Origin: Moniliella sp. 'wahieum'
Lineage: Eukaryota
NCBI GenBank assembly: GCA_003971905.1
Contig: RSEE01000008.1
Coordinates: 992,001 to 1,056,000 of the forward strand
Length of the DNA: 64,000 nt
Direction: 5' to 3'
In this document: positions 38,878 to 52,026 of the stretch, one piece after another
Position numbering within the stretch: position 1 is the first letter of the stretch
How the letters are laid out: each line of letters opens with the position of its first letter
Translations under genes and position numbers: made by a program
Notes under the pieces: generated by a model
Told to the model about the DNA's origin: nothing
Databases searched by the model: none
Seen by the model: only the letters and a program-made list of their open reading frames with translations

Positions 38878-40190
38878 GTCGCTGCATCGCACTTGCTTCA
38901 CTGGCTATGACCTCGCAGTTTGGGGTAATGAGCTAGCTATCGTCATCACGAACACGTTCTCGCATGCCTTATGGCTCTGCCCATGTCGAGTGCATGCCGT
39001 CTGACGTATGTCTACGGCGCCTGTTTCGCAGCTGCTGCATGTTCGATGATTGAAGCTCATTAAACTCATTGGCCCTGTAAGGGCCCTGGCAGCCCACCCA
39101 GCATGTTATTTTGTGGGCGTGGAAGGAAACAAGTTTGACAGTTTCGCGGGTATTTACAGAGTAAGAGCCGAAGGGGTCCGCTCCCAGTCTACAAGCTATT
39201 CTCCCACAAACCGGGAGACCAAAGATAAGCCATCGCCATGTGTACTTGTGCTTCGCGGCATTCACACCAGAAACACCGCATGAGTCCATACACGAGCATA
39301 AGACGAGGCTCTCAGAATGGGGTGCATATTAGGCAGCGATGAATTGAGGGGTTCATCATGGCAACACGAGAGGATCACCGGTCTGAGTGCCGTAGATGTG
39401 AAGTTGGCTTACGGGCCCTGAGCCTTTTATGGTTGGGGCTTCGTCCCACGACTAGCATTTAGCTATTGTCCACCGTTCCAGCCTACAACATAGACTAGGT
39501 CAACCCTCATCAATCACATTTACCGTACTCGTTACAGAGAAACAGAATTGGCATGCCGCTCAGAGCATCAGCCGGTCAGGAAGACAGCCGTATTTCGCGT
39601 GCATGCCCTAAGATGAAGCGAAACTGAAGGGGTACGCGAAGGTTGGCTCAGCCTGGAAGAATGGGCTTGATGGCGAAGCAGACGGAGAAACCAAAAGGAC
39701 GTACTCCTAAGTATACATGAGGGGGGCAGTAGCACACAGAGTCCGCGCGTTGAACACTGGGGCTGACTCGCTGACCTCCCGCTAGGTATGTTCCAAATGT
39801 GGTTCCGGCCTTTTGGCTAGTCGTTGAGGGATCGAATACGATTGCGGTGGGAGGTAGGTTCGATAACCTCGACGAGAGAGTGCATCATACCACTGGGCGT
39901 TTCTCACCCGAAATCCACATGCAATGCGTCAGCACAGGATAGCAGCAATCTAGCTCTTGTTAGCGGGCCCGCCGAGGCGCGTGCTATGATTCTGCTCTCC
40001 TGTCTATGGTGATTACACACCGAGAGGGGCTGCAAGGCCAGGAGATAGGATTTTGACGAATACAAGCCGAAAATGGCCAAAAGGGATCCAGAAAAAAAAG
40101 TAGGAACCAAGAAGATCTGACGCGCTCATGTTCAGTAGGGGGGAATGGGTTGCCGCCCTTTTGCCCCCCACCAAATTTTGTGCCAGAGAC

Positions 40191-41928
40191 TTAGTTGTTC
40201 ATGTAGGAGCTCGAGTCAATCGTGTCCGGCAGCTCGGGAATGGCTACCTCGAAACGAGACTGAATGTCGTCCAGCACCTTCTGGTCCTCCTCCGACGAGA
40301 CAAACATGATGGCCAAACCCTTCGTGCCAAAGCGGCCGGCACGGCCCACACGATGGAGATACGAGTCGGCCTCGCCGGGCGTGTCGTACGAGATGGAAAC
40401 GTTGACCCGCTCCACATCAATACCGCGGCCAAAGATGTCGGTGGCAACGAGGATGCGCTTCTCAAAGTTCTTGAACTGTTGGTACCGCTTGATCCGCTCC
40501 TCCTGGGGAAGCGAACCATGGATCGAAATGGAAGGGAAGTTGCACTCCTGCAACAGCTTGTCCAGTTGATTCGCCCGCGAGACCGACTTGACAAAAATGA
40601 TGACCTGGTTAAACTCAAGCGTGTCGAGCAAGTCGTTCAGCTTGCGGTTCTTCTGCGCCTCCTCGAGGCGGACATAGTGCTGCTGAAGACCGTGCAAGGT
40701 CAACTTGGTCTCGTCATCAACGTAAATCTCGAGCGGGTTCTGCATAAACTTCTTGCAAACAGGACGAATCTCCTTGGACAAGGTGGCAGAGAACATCATC
40801 ACCTGCTTGTGATGGGGCGTGGCGCGGAAAATCTCCTGCACGTCGCGGCGCATGTCGATCGTTTCAAGCATCTTGTCGCACTCGTCCAGAACAAAGTGCT
40901 TGACCCCAGTTGCCTTCAGCGACTTGTCCCGTACGAGCGCGTTCATCCGTCCGGGCGTACCGACAAGAATGTGGGGGCAACGAGCCTTGTCCTTCAGCAG
41001 CGCCTGGTCCTCCTTAATGGGGGTACCACCGTAGACAACCGAGGTGCGCACCTCAGGCATGTACTTGGAGAAACGGAGGTACTCGTTCTTGATCTGGAAG
41101 GCCAACTCACGCGTGTGGCACATGACGATCACGCTCACCTCCCCATCCACCGGTTCAATCTGTTGCAGAGTTGCCAGGACGAAGACGGCGGTCTTACCCA
41201 TACCCGACTTGGCCTGGCAAAGCACGTCCATGCCAAGAATGGACTGAGGAATACACTCTTGTTGGACTGTGGAATGAGATGGTTGGGAGGGGTCAGTTGC
41301 GGGCCTTCAGCAGCGCGGGTTGGAAATGGCGTACCTTCTGAAGGGTGCTCGAACCCAAGGTCACTGATGGCGCGCAGAAGCTCGGGCTTGAGCAAAAAGT
41401 CACGGAATCCAGTCGAGTGGATGCCTACGTAGGAGCCCTGACGGCGGCGAAGAGAGAAGGTAAGTAATGGTCGGAGAAGCTGGAGAAAGGTAAACAAGTC
41501 CCCTAGTCGGGGCGGGGCGGGTCTGGCGTGGTCTGGTGTGGAACAGCCTGCCTGGCCAGTCCACAACGGGGCTTGCGGAGAAAAGCGGAGGGACAGGGTC
41601 CGACGCGTCCAAGCATCCGACAACATTGACCGGGGCCCAACGACACGCAGCAACACGTTGCACCTGCGCAGGGGCCGCGCAGAGCACACAGCACAGTGCA
41701 CCGATCCCGCCGAGACGAAGAGGAGGGTGGGGAATGGGACTCAGACTAAGATTGCATGCTGACCTTTTGGCGCCGTCGGCTTCGGCCGGGGCAGCGTCGG
41801 TGGACTCCCCGGTGGTGGCGGCGGGGGCGGGGGCAACAATCTCCTCCTCGTAGTCGATGAGAGGGCAGGGGTGTGGTTAGTGGTGGGATGGAGGGGGGGG
41901 GCTGCGACACATACTCTTCGTTGTCCAT
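40191..41928 (-). CDS. SUB2: DEAD/DECD-box RNA helicase UAP56/Sub2
   Basis: [94 protein letters not shown]. Confidence 0.97.
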
Positions 41929-42325
41929 GGCGAAGGGCAGATGCACGGGTGGTGGTGGCCAGAAGAAGCGCGGCGGGCGACTCGCGTCGGGCGTGGGCAG
42001 GGACCGCCTGGGTCCTGTCGTCTCGGCGTGGCGTGTGCGGATGAGGTAAGGCGCGGGCACCGCACCAGCCTTGCGGCCTCTCTCAGAAGAGAATGCAGGC
42101 TCGCACAGCGCCAGTGCTGCCTGCGTGGCCGGGAGCGGAATGAGGCGAGCGGAACCTGCTGGCATGGGTGGTTGGGTTGCAGGCCACATGGAGTCCAGCT
42201 GTGTCGCGGGCGGCAGGACGGAAACTTTCACCGTGCCACGACACAGCGACAGGCCGAGGCGCTGGTCGCCCTGGAGCGCGTTGGGAGGAGGCGGCGCAGC
42301 GCCAGTGTCGGACGCGACTTACGAG

Positions 42326-43650
42326 ATGCCGATCGGCGCAGCGCCAACTGGACGACCCCGCAAGCTGACGCGCCCTCCCGCCCCCGTCCAGCAGCCATGT
42401 CCAACGAGCACAAGGACACGTCCGACTTGGGCTGTCAACCTCCCACGGCTGGGTGTGCGCAACCTTCCCATTTCTCTTTGCATCACACGCTGACCTCGGC
42501 ACCGCCCCAGCGTATTTCCACGATGGCTACTCGCTCAAGCAGTTCCAGGTCCTTTTGAACGTCGCCTTGGACCAGGCGCGTTCTTTTGCCGGAGGTGTTC
42601 GTGACAACACCATGGCCTGCGTCTCTCATTACGGTCTCTTGCACCCCGAAAAGGTGCGCAACATTTTGATCATGGACTGTATGCCTCTCGCACCCCCCAC
42701 CCCAGAGGGACCTACGAGAGGGTGGAGGCGCTGCAGATCATTCTGTTGGGCCGCAAGTCCACCTCGCAGGGTAACGAATCAGTCGGGTGCGATGAGGAAC
42801 AAGGACCCAAACCTGTGTTGTCTTTCGTCTCTAGCGCGTTATTTTTTCCACCGCTGTGCCTCCTTCCGATGACCATGTGCTTACTTTGGAAAGACGTGTT
42901 GGCACTGTTCCTAACCCTGGTGCATTTCCGCCTCCTGTGCTTGTTACCCCCACCCCTGTTCGGGAAACGGGGCCTTCTGCGTCTGCTGTGCCTACTGCAT
43001 CTGCTGTGCCTGCTGCGCCACGATCCGGAAGTCGCCTGGGTCCAATCGCTGTCGCCGCTCCAACCCCCACCGCCTCTATTCCAAGCAGCATGATTACGGT
43101 TGCGTGTGAAACGCTGCTTCAGACCATCCCACCCCCTCCTGCACCTCCTGCTCCCTTTCCCAGTGAACTGACGCTGCGTCCGAACGTCGCGTCCGTAACC
43201 CATGTCTGGGAGGAGTGGGACAAGGGGTGGGGGGGAGTGCTTTGTCTGCGGGATCAGCTTAAGCCGCCGCCGCGATTCAACGGGCCCGGTGGACGGCGAC
43301 GACCTGGTCTCAAAGCGGTCGGTGGTTCGCAAGAGAACATGCTCAAACGCCGTCGCAAGGTTGGCCTGCGCATCGAACAGCTCATCGCCACGTACAAGGT
43401 CAAGCTCACCACGTCCGAAATTGTCAAGCGGGTCCACACTGCCTTTGAAATGTTGGGCGAGAAGCGAGGCGGGTTCACACAGGTCTGCGACAAATTAACA
43501 CTAATCCACGACGCTGACTTGGTCTTGCCAGAGAAGGAATGGACTATGGAGAAGGTTGAGCAAGTCTGGAGCGGACTACGTCGACAAAAAGGACCTAAAA
43601 CGACGGTGCAGGCACTGCAGTCCCGTCACGATCAAACAAGTGAAGCTTGA
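42326..43650 (+). CDS. Crypton/Ndc10-derived protein: AT-hook-like motif + truncated tyrosine-recombinase-like domain + GCR1_C DNA-binding domain
   Basis: MPIGAAPTGRPRK.. spliced in frame via intron 42453-42510 to AYFHDGYS..RDNTMACVSHYGLLHPEKVR..EGP..ALQIILLGRK..GAMRNKDPNLCCLSSLARYFFHR (Ndc10-II/CryptonF-like). C-terminus LRPNVASVTHVWEEWDKGWGG..LRDQ..KRRRKVGLRIEQL (GCR1_C-like). Confidence 0.72.
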
Positions 43651-45299
43651 AGGAATCAATATTGGTGTTGTACAATGCGACATGAGCCTTGGCGGCAGGT
43701 TGAACGCGGATATAACCGGATAACCTCAGGCTTGCTCTGCCCGACGTTCAGGGCCATTGCGAGCCCGGATAGGAGGCCTTGAATGGTATGGTATAGGGGG
43801 GGAAATGGCCATGCGCGCTGCACCATGCATCACCCGTCGCGCGCAACACCAGGCGCCCAAGGTTTGCGCACAACGACGCCAACGCACCTCTTGTGCCAAA
43901 ACAAAAAGGGGTATATTGCCTCCATGCGGACGCAAAAGGACACAGCACAGATGAGCAGCAAAAGGGGCACATGCCGCCTCACAATGCAACAGAGCCCGCC
44001 AATTTGAGATGGTGTTACACGTTAGGGCCAACCCCCACTAATCCGCGAACAGTAACTATCCATATCGCACAGGCGCTCGGAAGCTGCGCATCAACTACTA
44101 TAGATAGTAAGTAGCGTCGCCAGCTCACGGTCGCTAGTAAGCTAGTAAGCTGCCCAGAATGATGGGGAACGTTGAGGTGAACGTTGAGTACGTTGAACGT
44201 CGAGCCGATTAAGCGTGGATCCGAGCTGCGCTTCAACGCTGACTCATCGATCATTGCGCTGAAGTCGCTCAACGTGCGCACCCACGTCAACGCTGCGCAT
44301 CCGTTCAGCGTTTATCTATCGTGCAATGAGGCGATGACATCTTGAGAAGATAACATGGAACACTGAAAAATATACCTCAAAAGCCCCCTCTCGCTGATCC
44401 ATCGTTGGCACTACACCCAAAAAGAGTCATCTAATACATGCCAATTGAAGAATGCGATGCGGCCTGTGGCCCGGCGTGTAGGGCACATTAACAGGGCTCG
44501 TAAGTCTGGAAAGGATGGAGATGTTTGTACGTATAAATAACCGCTGAGAGCTGTATACATTAGTCTATGGCAACAGAGAGGGAGAGCTTTCGTTGTTGTT
44601 GTGACATGTGACGCAAAAGCGCGTACAAGCAAATTAACGGAGACATGGTGGAACATCCAGGTTCTCTCGAATGCCAGATGAATGAACTCAAAGCCTTGAG
44701 GCTCAAGCTTAAATTTGAACTGAGCCTCGGTGAGGGGGACCTGAACGGCTGAACGAGAGAGGGAGCAGAAGGACATATACACTCCTGCTTTTGTCCGCCA
44801 GTTAGTAGAATAGAGAGACGCATTTGCGGAGGAGGCGATCTGGGGAGCATGCAGAGGTCAGATCGACTAAGGAGATATATGGTAACTGGACTACATTATG
44901 GCAAGAGAGCTGGTATTTTATGGCGAAAGGGCTGGTATTGCGACGGCCAGCACATCAACTATCCTACAACAACCCATGGGGTGGCCTCACGCGTTGCCGA
45001 TTGAGTCGCGCCGATTTCGAGCGGGAAACAGGGGACATTATCGATGACACGATGTACAGACTACTGCAGTGCCATGCGATGGGCCGGCCGCGGTAACCGG
45101 TAATTGTTAATTGCCAACCCATCCCAACGTCCATGGCTGCGGCCTATTAACACAGTGCCGGGTTCTCCTTTCCACTTCTTTTCACAACTCCACACTATAT
45201 ACTACCCCTATTACTCCTTTCGCACCGTCCATCTTCTGTTCGTCCACGCCAGCCTATCGGCATGTCAGTACTGAAAGTCCACACAACGATTGTGCGCTG

Positions 45300-48004
45300 G
45301 CACTGAGCCAAAATGGTTCGAGCATTCTTGCTCCGCCTACGCCGCCTCCCAAAACAAAGGGTTTAAATCTGACCCTGTCGCCTGACGTCCTTTGTTGGGT
45401 CGCCGGAGGGACAGCTAGGTGCTCTCATGTAAGCCAACCGTCGCAACACCCCTGGCCGCCGGCTATTTCTACCCCTCCTCTCTGACCCCACCACCTCAAG
45501 CCATGCCCCACTTGATCGACCTGCGCCACATCCTACCCTGACCTTTGTGCCTGGGCTGTACACACGGCGCGTGTCACTCCCTGATCCGCAATAAAGAATA
45601 CCACCCTCTGGCCTCCGCCCCCTCGACATCCTCATCCGCTTTTCGTCTGGTCCTCTCATCTGTCGCTCCATGTCTACTTCTTCATTGTGTACATCGACCT
45701 CCTCACCCCGCAAAATCGTCTCCACCCACCCACCCACCTTGGCTCCCCCTCTCAACCATCTCAGCTTTCCCCAAGCAGCCCTGTTTCTGTCAAAACGCCA
45801 CCGAGCGTGTTGAGCCCCCCTGCGTTCTTGTCTGACCCCTCTGACGACTACCATCATAACCTCTTCCCTCGTTTTGGGCTGAGCTTCTCGGGTACTCCTG
45901 CTGGTATGTCGACCACCCACAGGGGTTCCTTGAACGAAAACGGGGACCTTTCCCCCCGTACCCAGACCTACGATTTATCGCCACATTTCCCCCCAGAAAC
46001 CAAAGGTATGTCTGCTTTGCCATCGTCGACCAAAGATGCACAACAGCTGACCCCTTGGCAGAAAACTTGCGTCCGACCCAGAACCTTCTGTTGGATTACA
46101 ACGATTGGTTTTTCCTATTCCAACATCGCCTTTGGCCCAGGGTGAAGAGAAGGAACGCTTCCGCATACCTGCTCCCTTTGGACCCAACATGACCCTGGCC
46201 CATCGTTCTTCTTCCTCGTCCTCGTTCTCCTTGTCGTCCGCCACTGAGGATGCTTGGCCCCATAATCTCTTCTCCCCGATCCCCCCTCCTTGGAGTCCTG
46301 TGTCGAAAGAGGGTGGAACTGTCCCAAGCCCATCAGACCTCATTGATCCCTTAAAGAGAGACCCCCCGCTAAGTTCGGCCAATCGCTCATTTGGAGAATT
46401 GGGTGTTATGCCGCTGGACCATTCCAGGTCGTATCCAAGTCACAATCTTCTCCCTTCCGATTGGGAAGGGATGATACAACAATGCGTGAGTTGCAGGCAA
46501 AAATCAGTGGTTTGCTCAAAGCTTCAACCGTGCCTGCACGCGCTCTGCATGCCCTGCAGCAGCCGCATATCGACTCGGTTTACGGGTCATCTCTTCTTCT
46601 GTCCTTGTGGCTCCCGAGTCGAGCGCCTGTCTTATATTAGAGCAATTGGCCCGCCCCGCGTTTTGTCCTCCACAGATCCAGCCAAGGCTGTCGGAAGCAC
46701 AACGCTCAACAGCAGGGGGGTTTCGGATGTTGATGTCTCCCAAGCACAATTCCGCCCGCTTTCGCTTCCACCTCCTGCCTTCTCGTCTGCAGTGGCCAAA
46801 CGAATGGAGGTAGGCAATGACGTTGAAGATCTGACGGACCAAATGGAGCAACTGCATTTACCCGACAGGTGCGCCAAGTCATCCTTCACTGTGGTGCGAG
46901 TGGACAATATTCCGTGGACGACGACGATTGAGGATGTGCTGCGCTGGCTTCCGCGGGACCTTCTGCCTCCGCCGCAGATGGTGGTGCAGCCGGTCCATAT
47001 TCCGATCGACCTGAAAAACGGAAAAACCTCCAACGCCTGTTTCGTCGAGTGCGCCACGCCCTTGGCCGCCCAACACCTCATTCTTACCAAGACCAACACC
47101 CGCCTTGGTCCTATGGGAAGCGAACGGCCCGTCAGCCTAGTGCAGAGCTCCTACAATGAAGTTTGGGGAAGCATCTTTTCTCCCCCTTCTCCTGCAGACG
47201 TCCCCACCTCTCGTCTTGGTACCGACTCTGCTCTGCCCGTCGTTGTGTTCCCCCAAGACCGATTGGAGCAATTACTTGCCCTATCCCATTTCCCTCCGAC
47301 CCAGCTCAAGAACCAAACCAAGCCAATCGAGTTCCTCACTTCGGCGTTGTGTCTTCTTCCCAGTACATTGTCCGCCAATCAAACCTCGCTATTGGTCCAC
47401 TATGTCCAGCGTACGTCTTTCCTTTTCTCATGCAAGAACCGCATCGCAAATAGTATACTGACCTTCTGTGGAACTGGTTGTAGAGATGATCACCGTGACC
47501 ATCCAACATTGGCTGCAATTGGACAGCCTGGTACGGACTCCTTTAGAGCGTTTGCTCTTGGCGGCCAAGAAAACATCAGCGCTGGGCCCATCCCTCTCCT
47601 CGACCATCGATACCGCCTGGAGAGTGCTGAACCAAACCGCATCTGCTGACGCGTTACCTCCCATTATCCCGCCGATCAAAAAGCGCGTTGGCCGGCGTTC
47701 GTCCCACACCCATGACCGTTCTTCCCGACCTCCGCCCGCGTATTTGTGCCACCACGCCCCTCCGTCTCTGGTTTCGCACCATCATGCTCGCGCCCACTCG
47801 TTCATCTCGCTCCATCCAGCTTTGCCCAGCGAGATGCGTATGACCACACAGCAAGACCTCTCTTCTTTGATGCATCAGAACCCCGACTTCTCTTTCCCAC
47901 GCTACCACCCATCCCGCGACACGCTGCCCTCCACGTTGCCCCAGTCTGTTTCGGCCCCGCCCTTTCTCGGCAACCAATGGGAGCACTTGGGTTCCAATTT
48001 CTAG
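45300..48004 (+). CDS. RING finger + quasi-RRM RNA-binding protein (start uncertain)
   Basis: CVSC..LQPCLHALCMPC..FFCPCG (C3HC4-like) and VVRVDNIPWTTTIEDVLRWL..VHIPIDLKNGKTSNACFVEC..RLG..RPVSLVQSS..EVWGSIF. Intron 47411 to about 47483. Stop at 48004. Confidence 0.75.
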
Positions 48005-49547
48005 AGAGAGAGAGAACAGAAACAGTAGAATTCCATCTTCCTCCCTGAGGCCGCCGATAAGGATGCCAACGGTTCTCTCCACCCCGACTCGCTCTGCTCC
48101 CTCCTTCACACCTTTCTTTTCTCGCCCCCCTCTTTCCTTGGCGCCTGTGTTCCTTGCTGGATGAGATAGGTGACCCAAGCGCGCTAAAGTGATCCACACT
48201 CTCCCGTTTCTCTCCCATCTTCATCCATCGTGTTTCTCAACCGCGAAGAGAGCGTCCCTTGTCCCTTGTCCCCTCCACCTACCATCTACCATGTACCCTT
48301 CTGCCTGCTGGTGTGGGCTTTTCTGTTGTGTTTTGTGGATGTCTCCCCTGTACGCTCTCTTCCTTGCCCCCCTCTCTCGATGGTCAAGCCCCCCCTTGCC
48401 CATGCGCCTCGAATCCTGTGCCGCAAGTGCGCCTGTGACATATGATACGGCGTGTTCCGTGATGCATCAACTCGCCGTCGGTTGTGGACGATAAGGTGAA
48501 GGGTGAGCCGGTGAGATGTGAGAAGAGGGCAGATCCGAGATGGGGCTGGTGATCGATAACGCCTGTTGGGGAAGAGGGCCAGCATTCAGTGCTGCAGGCA
48601 GGATACAACCCAACCATGGGGGGGGAACATGTCGGGGCTGCCGATCAGACATCATGCATGCCGTCATGCATCGTGCGAGGGCAGCCAGGGTCGGCGCTCG
48701 GCGCCTCGGGCTTCGGGCGGCAGGCGAGGCAAGCGGGGCTCAAATTTCAAACGGGGCGCGCTCAGCAAGCGTTATGCGTTTCTCGTGGCTAGTTCCTGGC
48801 CGGGCTGATCGAACACACCGATCCAAACTCGGGCCGTGCCGCGTGCGGCCTCCCGCCGCTGGGCCACGCCGGACGCACCGTGCTTTGCCTGCAGTCTACA
48901 CGCCGCGCTGTCTCGTGGCCGGCGCACCCGTGATCGGGAGCGCTGAGTGTCAGCGGCTGAGTGCATCCGCCCGCCGGCCCCCTTGGCTGCCTCGGGCCTC
49001 GGGCGTCGGATGCGCCCGACGCGCCTCCGCTGCGGTTCCCTGTCTTCCCAACCCCGCCTCCACACTGGCGGGATGCCTGCGCGGCCACCACCAGCAACCC
49101 AGGACAAACAGCAGCCGCAGCCCAGACGGGTGGCTAGTGACAAGGTGACTGTCACCTGTCACCCATGTCACCCGCCATGCATCATCCACCATGCGATGCG
49201 AGGTGGCGGCACGGCGCCCTGTGGCCGGCTGTCTGAGGTGGGAGACGCAGGGCGTGACGTGACGCGTGAGGCGTATTGCAAATCGGGTGCTGCTGCCCAC
49301 GCCTGCGCCCCCTCGCATCCCAGCCATCTGTCCTGCCCAAAGTTTCTAGCGGGCGCGCTGGGACCCAGCACCCTCAGCAGGCCGATCCAGCCTGCCGCCT
49401 TCTTAAGCCCAGCGTCGATGGGGCCATCCTGCTTTGCTCGCCCCCACCCGCCCCGCCCCCGCGTCCTTCCACGCTCAGCCCAGCCCGTCTGCTGACGGTC
49501 CCCCGCCCGCCCAGCCCTTGCCCTGCCCCTTCCCACGCCATCTCCCC

Positions 49548-50688
49548 ATGTCCTCCTTCTTTTTGGACCAGGCCGACGGTGGCGTGCTGCGCCGTCTGAG
49601 TGCCCTGCCGTACCCGCTGCGCCCATCGGGCGTGTTTGTGTCGCAGCAGGTCTTTGAGTGGTCCTTGTCCGCCTGGACTCCTGCCCTGTCGGCGCTGGTC
49701 TACCTCGTGGCTGTGCGCTGGGCCAACCAGCGACGGAGTCGCGCCATCCGTGCCGGCAAGCCACTGCCCGACCTCATCAAGCGCAGCAAGGCGCTTTCGT
49801 TCCTTGTCTTGCTCCACAATGCCTTCCTTGCTCTGTACTCGGGGTGGACCTTTGTTCATGCCGTATTGGGTATCGTTCCCTACTTCCTCAGCGGCATTCA
49901 GCAGGGCGGGCGCCCACGGTTTCCGCAATGCCTACTGCACCGTGCCCACCAACGACCCGGCCGGGCTGGGTCGCTACGTATGGTTCTTTTACATGAGCAA
50001 GTACTATGAGATTGTCGATTCCGTCATTCTCGCCGCCAAGGGCAAGAAGGTGTCTAACCTTCAGGCGTACCACCACGCCGGCGCCATTGCCGCCATGTGG
50101 TCCGGCACTCGGTACAGGTACGTTTTCCCTCCCGTCCCTATCTATCTTGTTTGGCTCCACATAACTAACCAACGCACTCACACCATGAATAGTGCCAATG
50201 GGATCTGGATCTTCCTCTTGTTCAACAGCGGCATCCACACCATGATGTACTCGTACTACACGCTCTCTACGCTCAAGTTCCCCTGGGCCGGGGCGGTGAA
50301 GCAAGCGATGACGACGGCGCAAATTGCGCAGCTGTTCTTCGGGTGCATTATTGCGTCGCTGTACCTGCTGGTTCGCTACTCTCCCGCGGCCTACCAGGGC
50401 GCAGCTCCGTCGGTCGGTGCGACGCCGATTGTGGAAGCGACCCGGGGCGCGTTTACCTACACGTGGGACGCGTTGACTACCAGCCACGGCGCGGCGGATG
50501 CGTACCACCGCCTGCACGACTTGCTTACCTCGCCCGACGTGCGCATGCCGTGCTGCGCCTCGACGGGCCACGCGTTTGCCGTTGCACTCAATGTGCTCTA
50601 CCTCATCCCGCTCATCGTCCTCTTTGTTCGCTTCTACCTCCGCAGCTACTTCCAGCCCACGGCCACCAAGCGCTCCAAGGCCGAGTAA
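49548..50688 (+). CDS. GNS1/SUR4 (ELO) fatty acid elongase, QxxHH subtype
   Basis: LHNAFLALYSGWTF, FYMSKYYEIVDSVIL..KGKK..LQAYHHAGA, FNSGIHTMMYSYY, MTTAQIAQ, NVLYL..LFVRFYLRSY. Intron 50118-50192. Confidence 0.92.
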
Positions 50689-52026
50689 ATCCGCGACGAT
50701 GCCAAAACAAAAACATGTCACTGGATACCCTTCTCAAGCTGGAAGTTTGACCAGCAGGCTATGCAGCGACCTACTATGGCATGGCGTTCTGCCTTGCAGC
50801 TAAGCTCGTCATTAAATTCCCTCTTGGGCTTTCCCTGACCCCGGTTCATATTCTTTTGCCTTGACCATTCTACACCCCTCTCCTGTTCTCTATGTTCAAC
50901 TCTGTACTCTCCCATGTGTTCAATGGTTCCTTCTCCACCCAATCAAGTCATCTAATCCTGCATGGTCCTGCCGCAGACCCGTCGCCTTAGTTGTCGGGTC
51001 ACCGGTCAGAGGTGTTTGCATAGCAGAAAAAGGTCCAGGGTCAAGCTTCACGGTCGCAACGACAAACTACGTTATTTGTGGGCAACTATATAGGCCCGCC
51101 CCCAAAACAAATTCTGACGCCTAGCAAGGCGCCACACTCTTGGAACGCGGCAGGGGGCCAGTCGGCCCCAGCCGGGCACGCATCTTGTGGCTGAGGCGCT
51201 GAGGCGCTGAGCGCGATTGGGTGTCGAACACTGGCGCTGTGCAATCTGAGACATATGCTTTCCCATTGCGTACTGCGTCCCAACCCGTCCCAACCCAACC
51301 GCAGCCCAGCCGGGCGCTCAGCAGCGCGGCGGAACTGCATCCAAGCGGAATTGCTAGCCCCGCGCCCTGGCGGGATGCCTATACCGCGCCGCCAGGGTAA
51401 ACCACCGCCGTGCTCCACCTCGCGTCGAGGGCGCCGCAGCTGGATCAAACGGGAGGTGACACTTGGTTGGTAGTGGTAGTGCACGAACGGCAATTCCGGC
51501 TGCTGGAGTGTGTGCCTAGTCAAAGTTCGTCGGTAGGCTCGCTTGGAGGGACCCAAGCACATATCGTTGTGTGTAGCGAAAAGGCCACCTATCCACCAAA
51601 AAGAATACCTCCTGTGTTAGGGGAACCACGTGCCCGATGCCCTCGATGCTTTCCTTTTCTACATGTGGCGACCATAAGGCCTACCTAAGGAGGGGCAGCG
51701 TGCAGTCTGTAGTGGCAGGGGCGCCGTAGCAGGCGCTGGTGAGGGAGGGTCGGCCTTCGGGCGTTTGGCGGTGGTGCGCTGCTTGCGCCTGGCAGGGGCA
51801 GCGTGGTGCAGCTGGGACAGGCAGGGCGGGCGTGAACATTTCATTGTGCTGTCAGCCGGGCAGGCAGGCGGCGCGGCGACTGGCGCTGCGCGGCCACATG
51901 CCCTCGGCCATCGGGCCAGGTGCGCCGGGCCTACCTGGGGCCATGCGTCAGGCTGAGCGCCGGGCGCAGGCGCAGCCACGCCTCCATCCATCCCTGCCTC
52001 CCCTCCACCACCACCCTCCACCGGCC

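Noticed and set aside
40128..41432. 434-aa plus-strand ORF
   Set aside because: Antisense shadow of the codon-biased SUB2 CDS.
44411..45096. Short ORFs upstream of the RING-RRM gene
   Set aside because: No motifs or consistent splice model; cannot support a gene.
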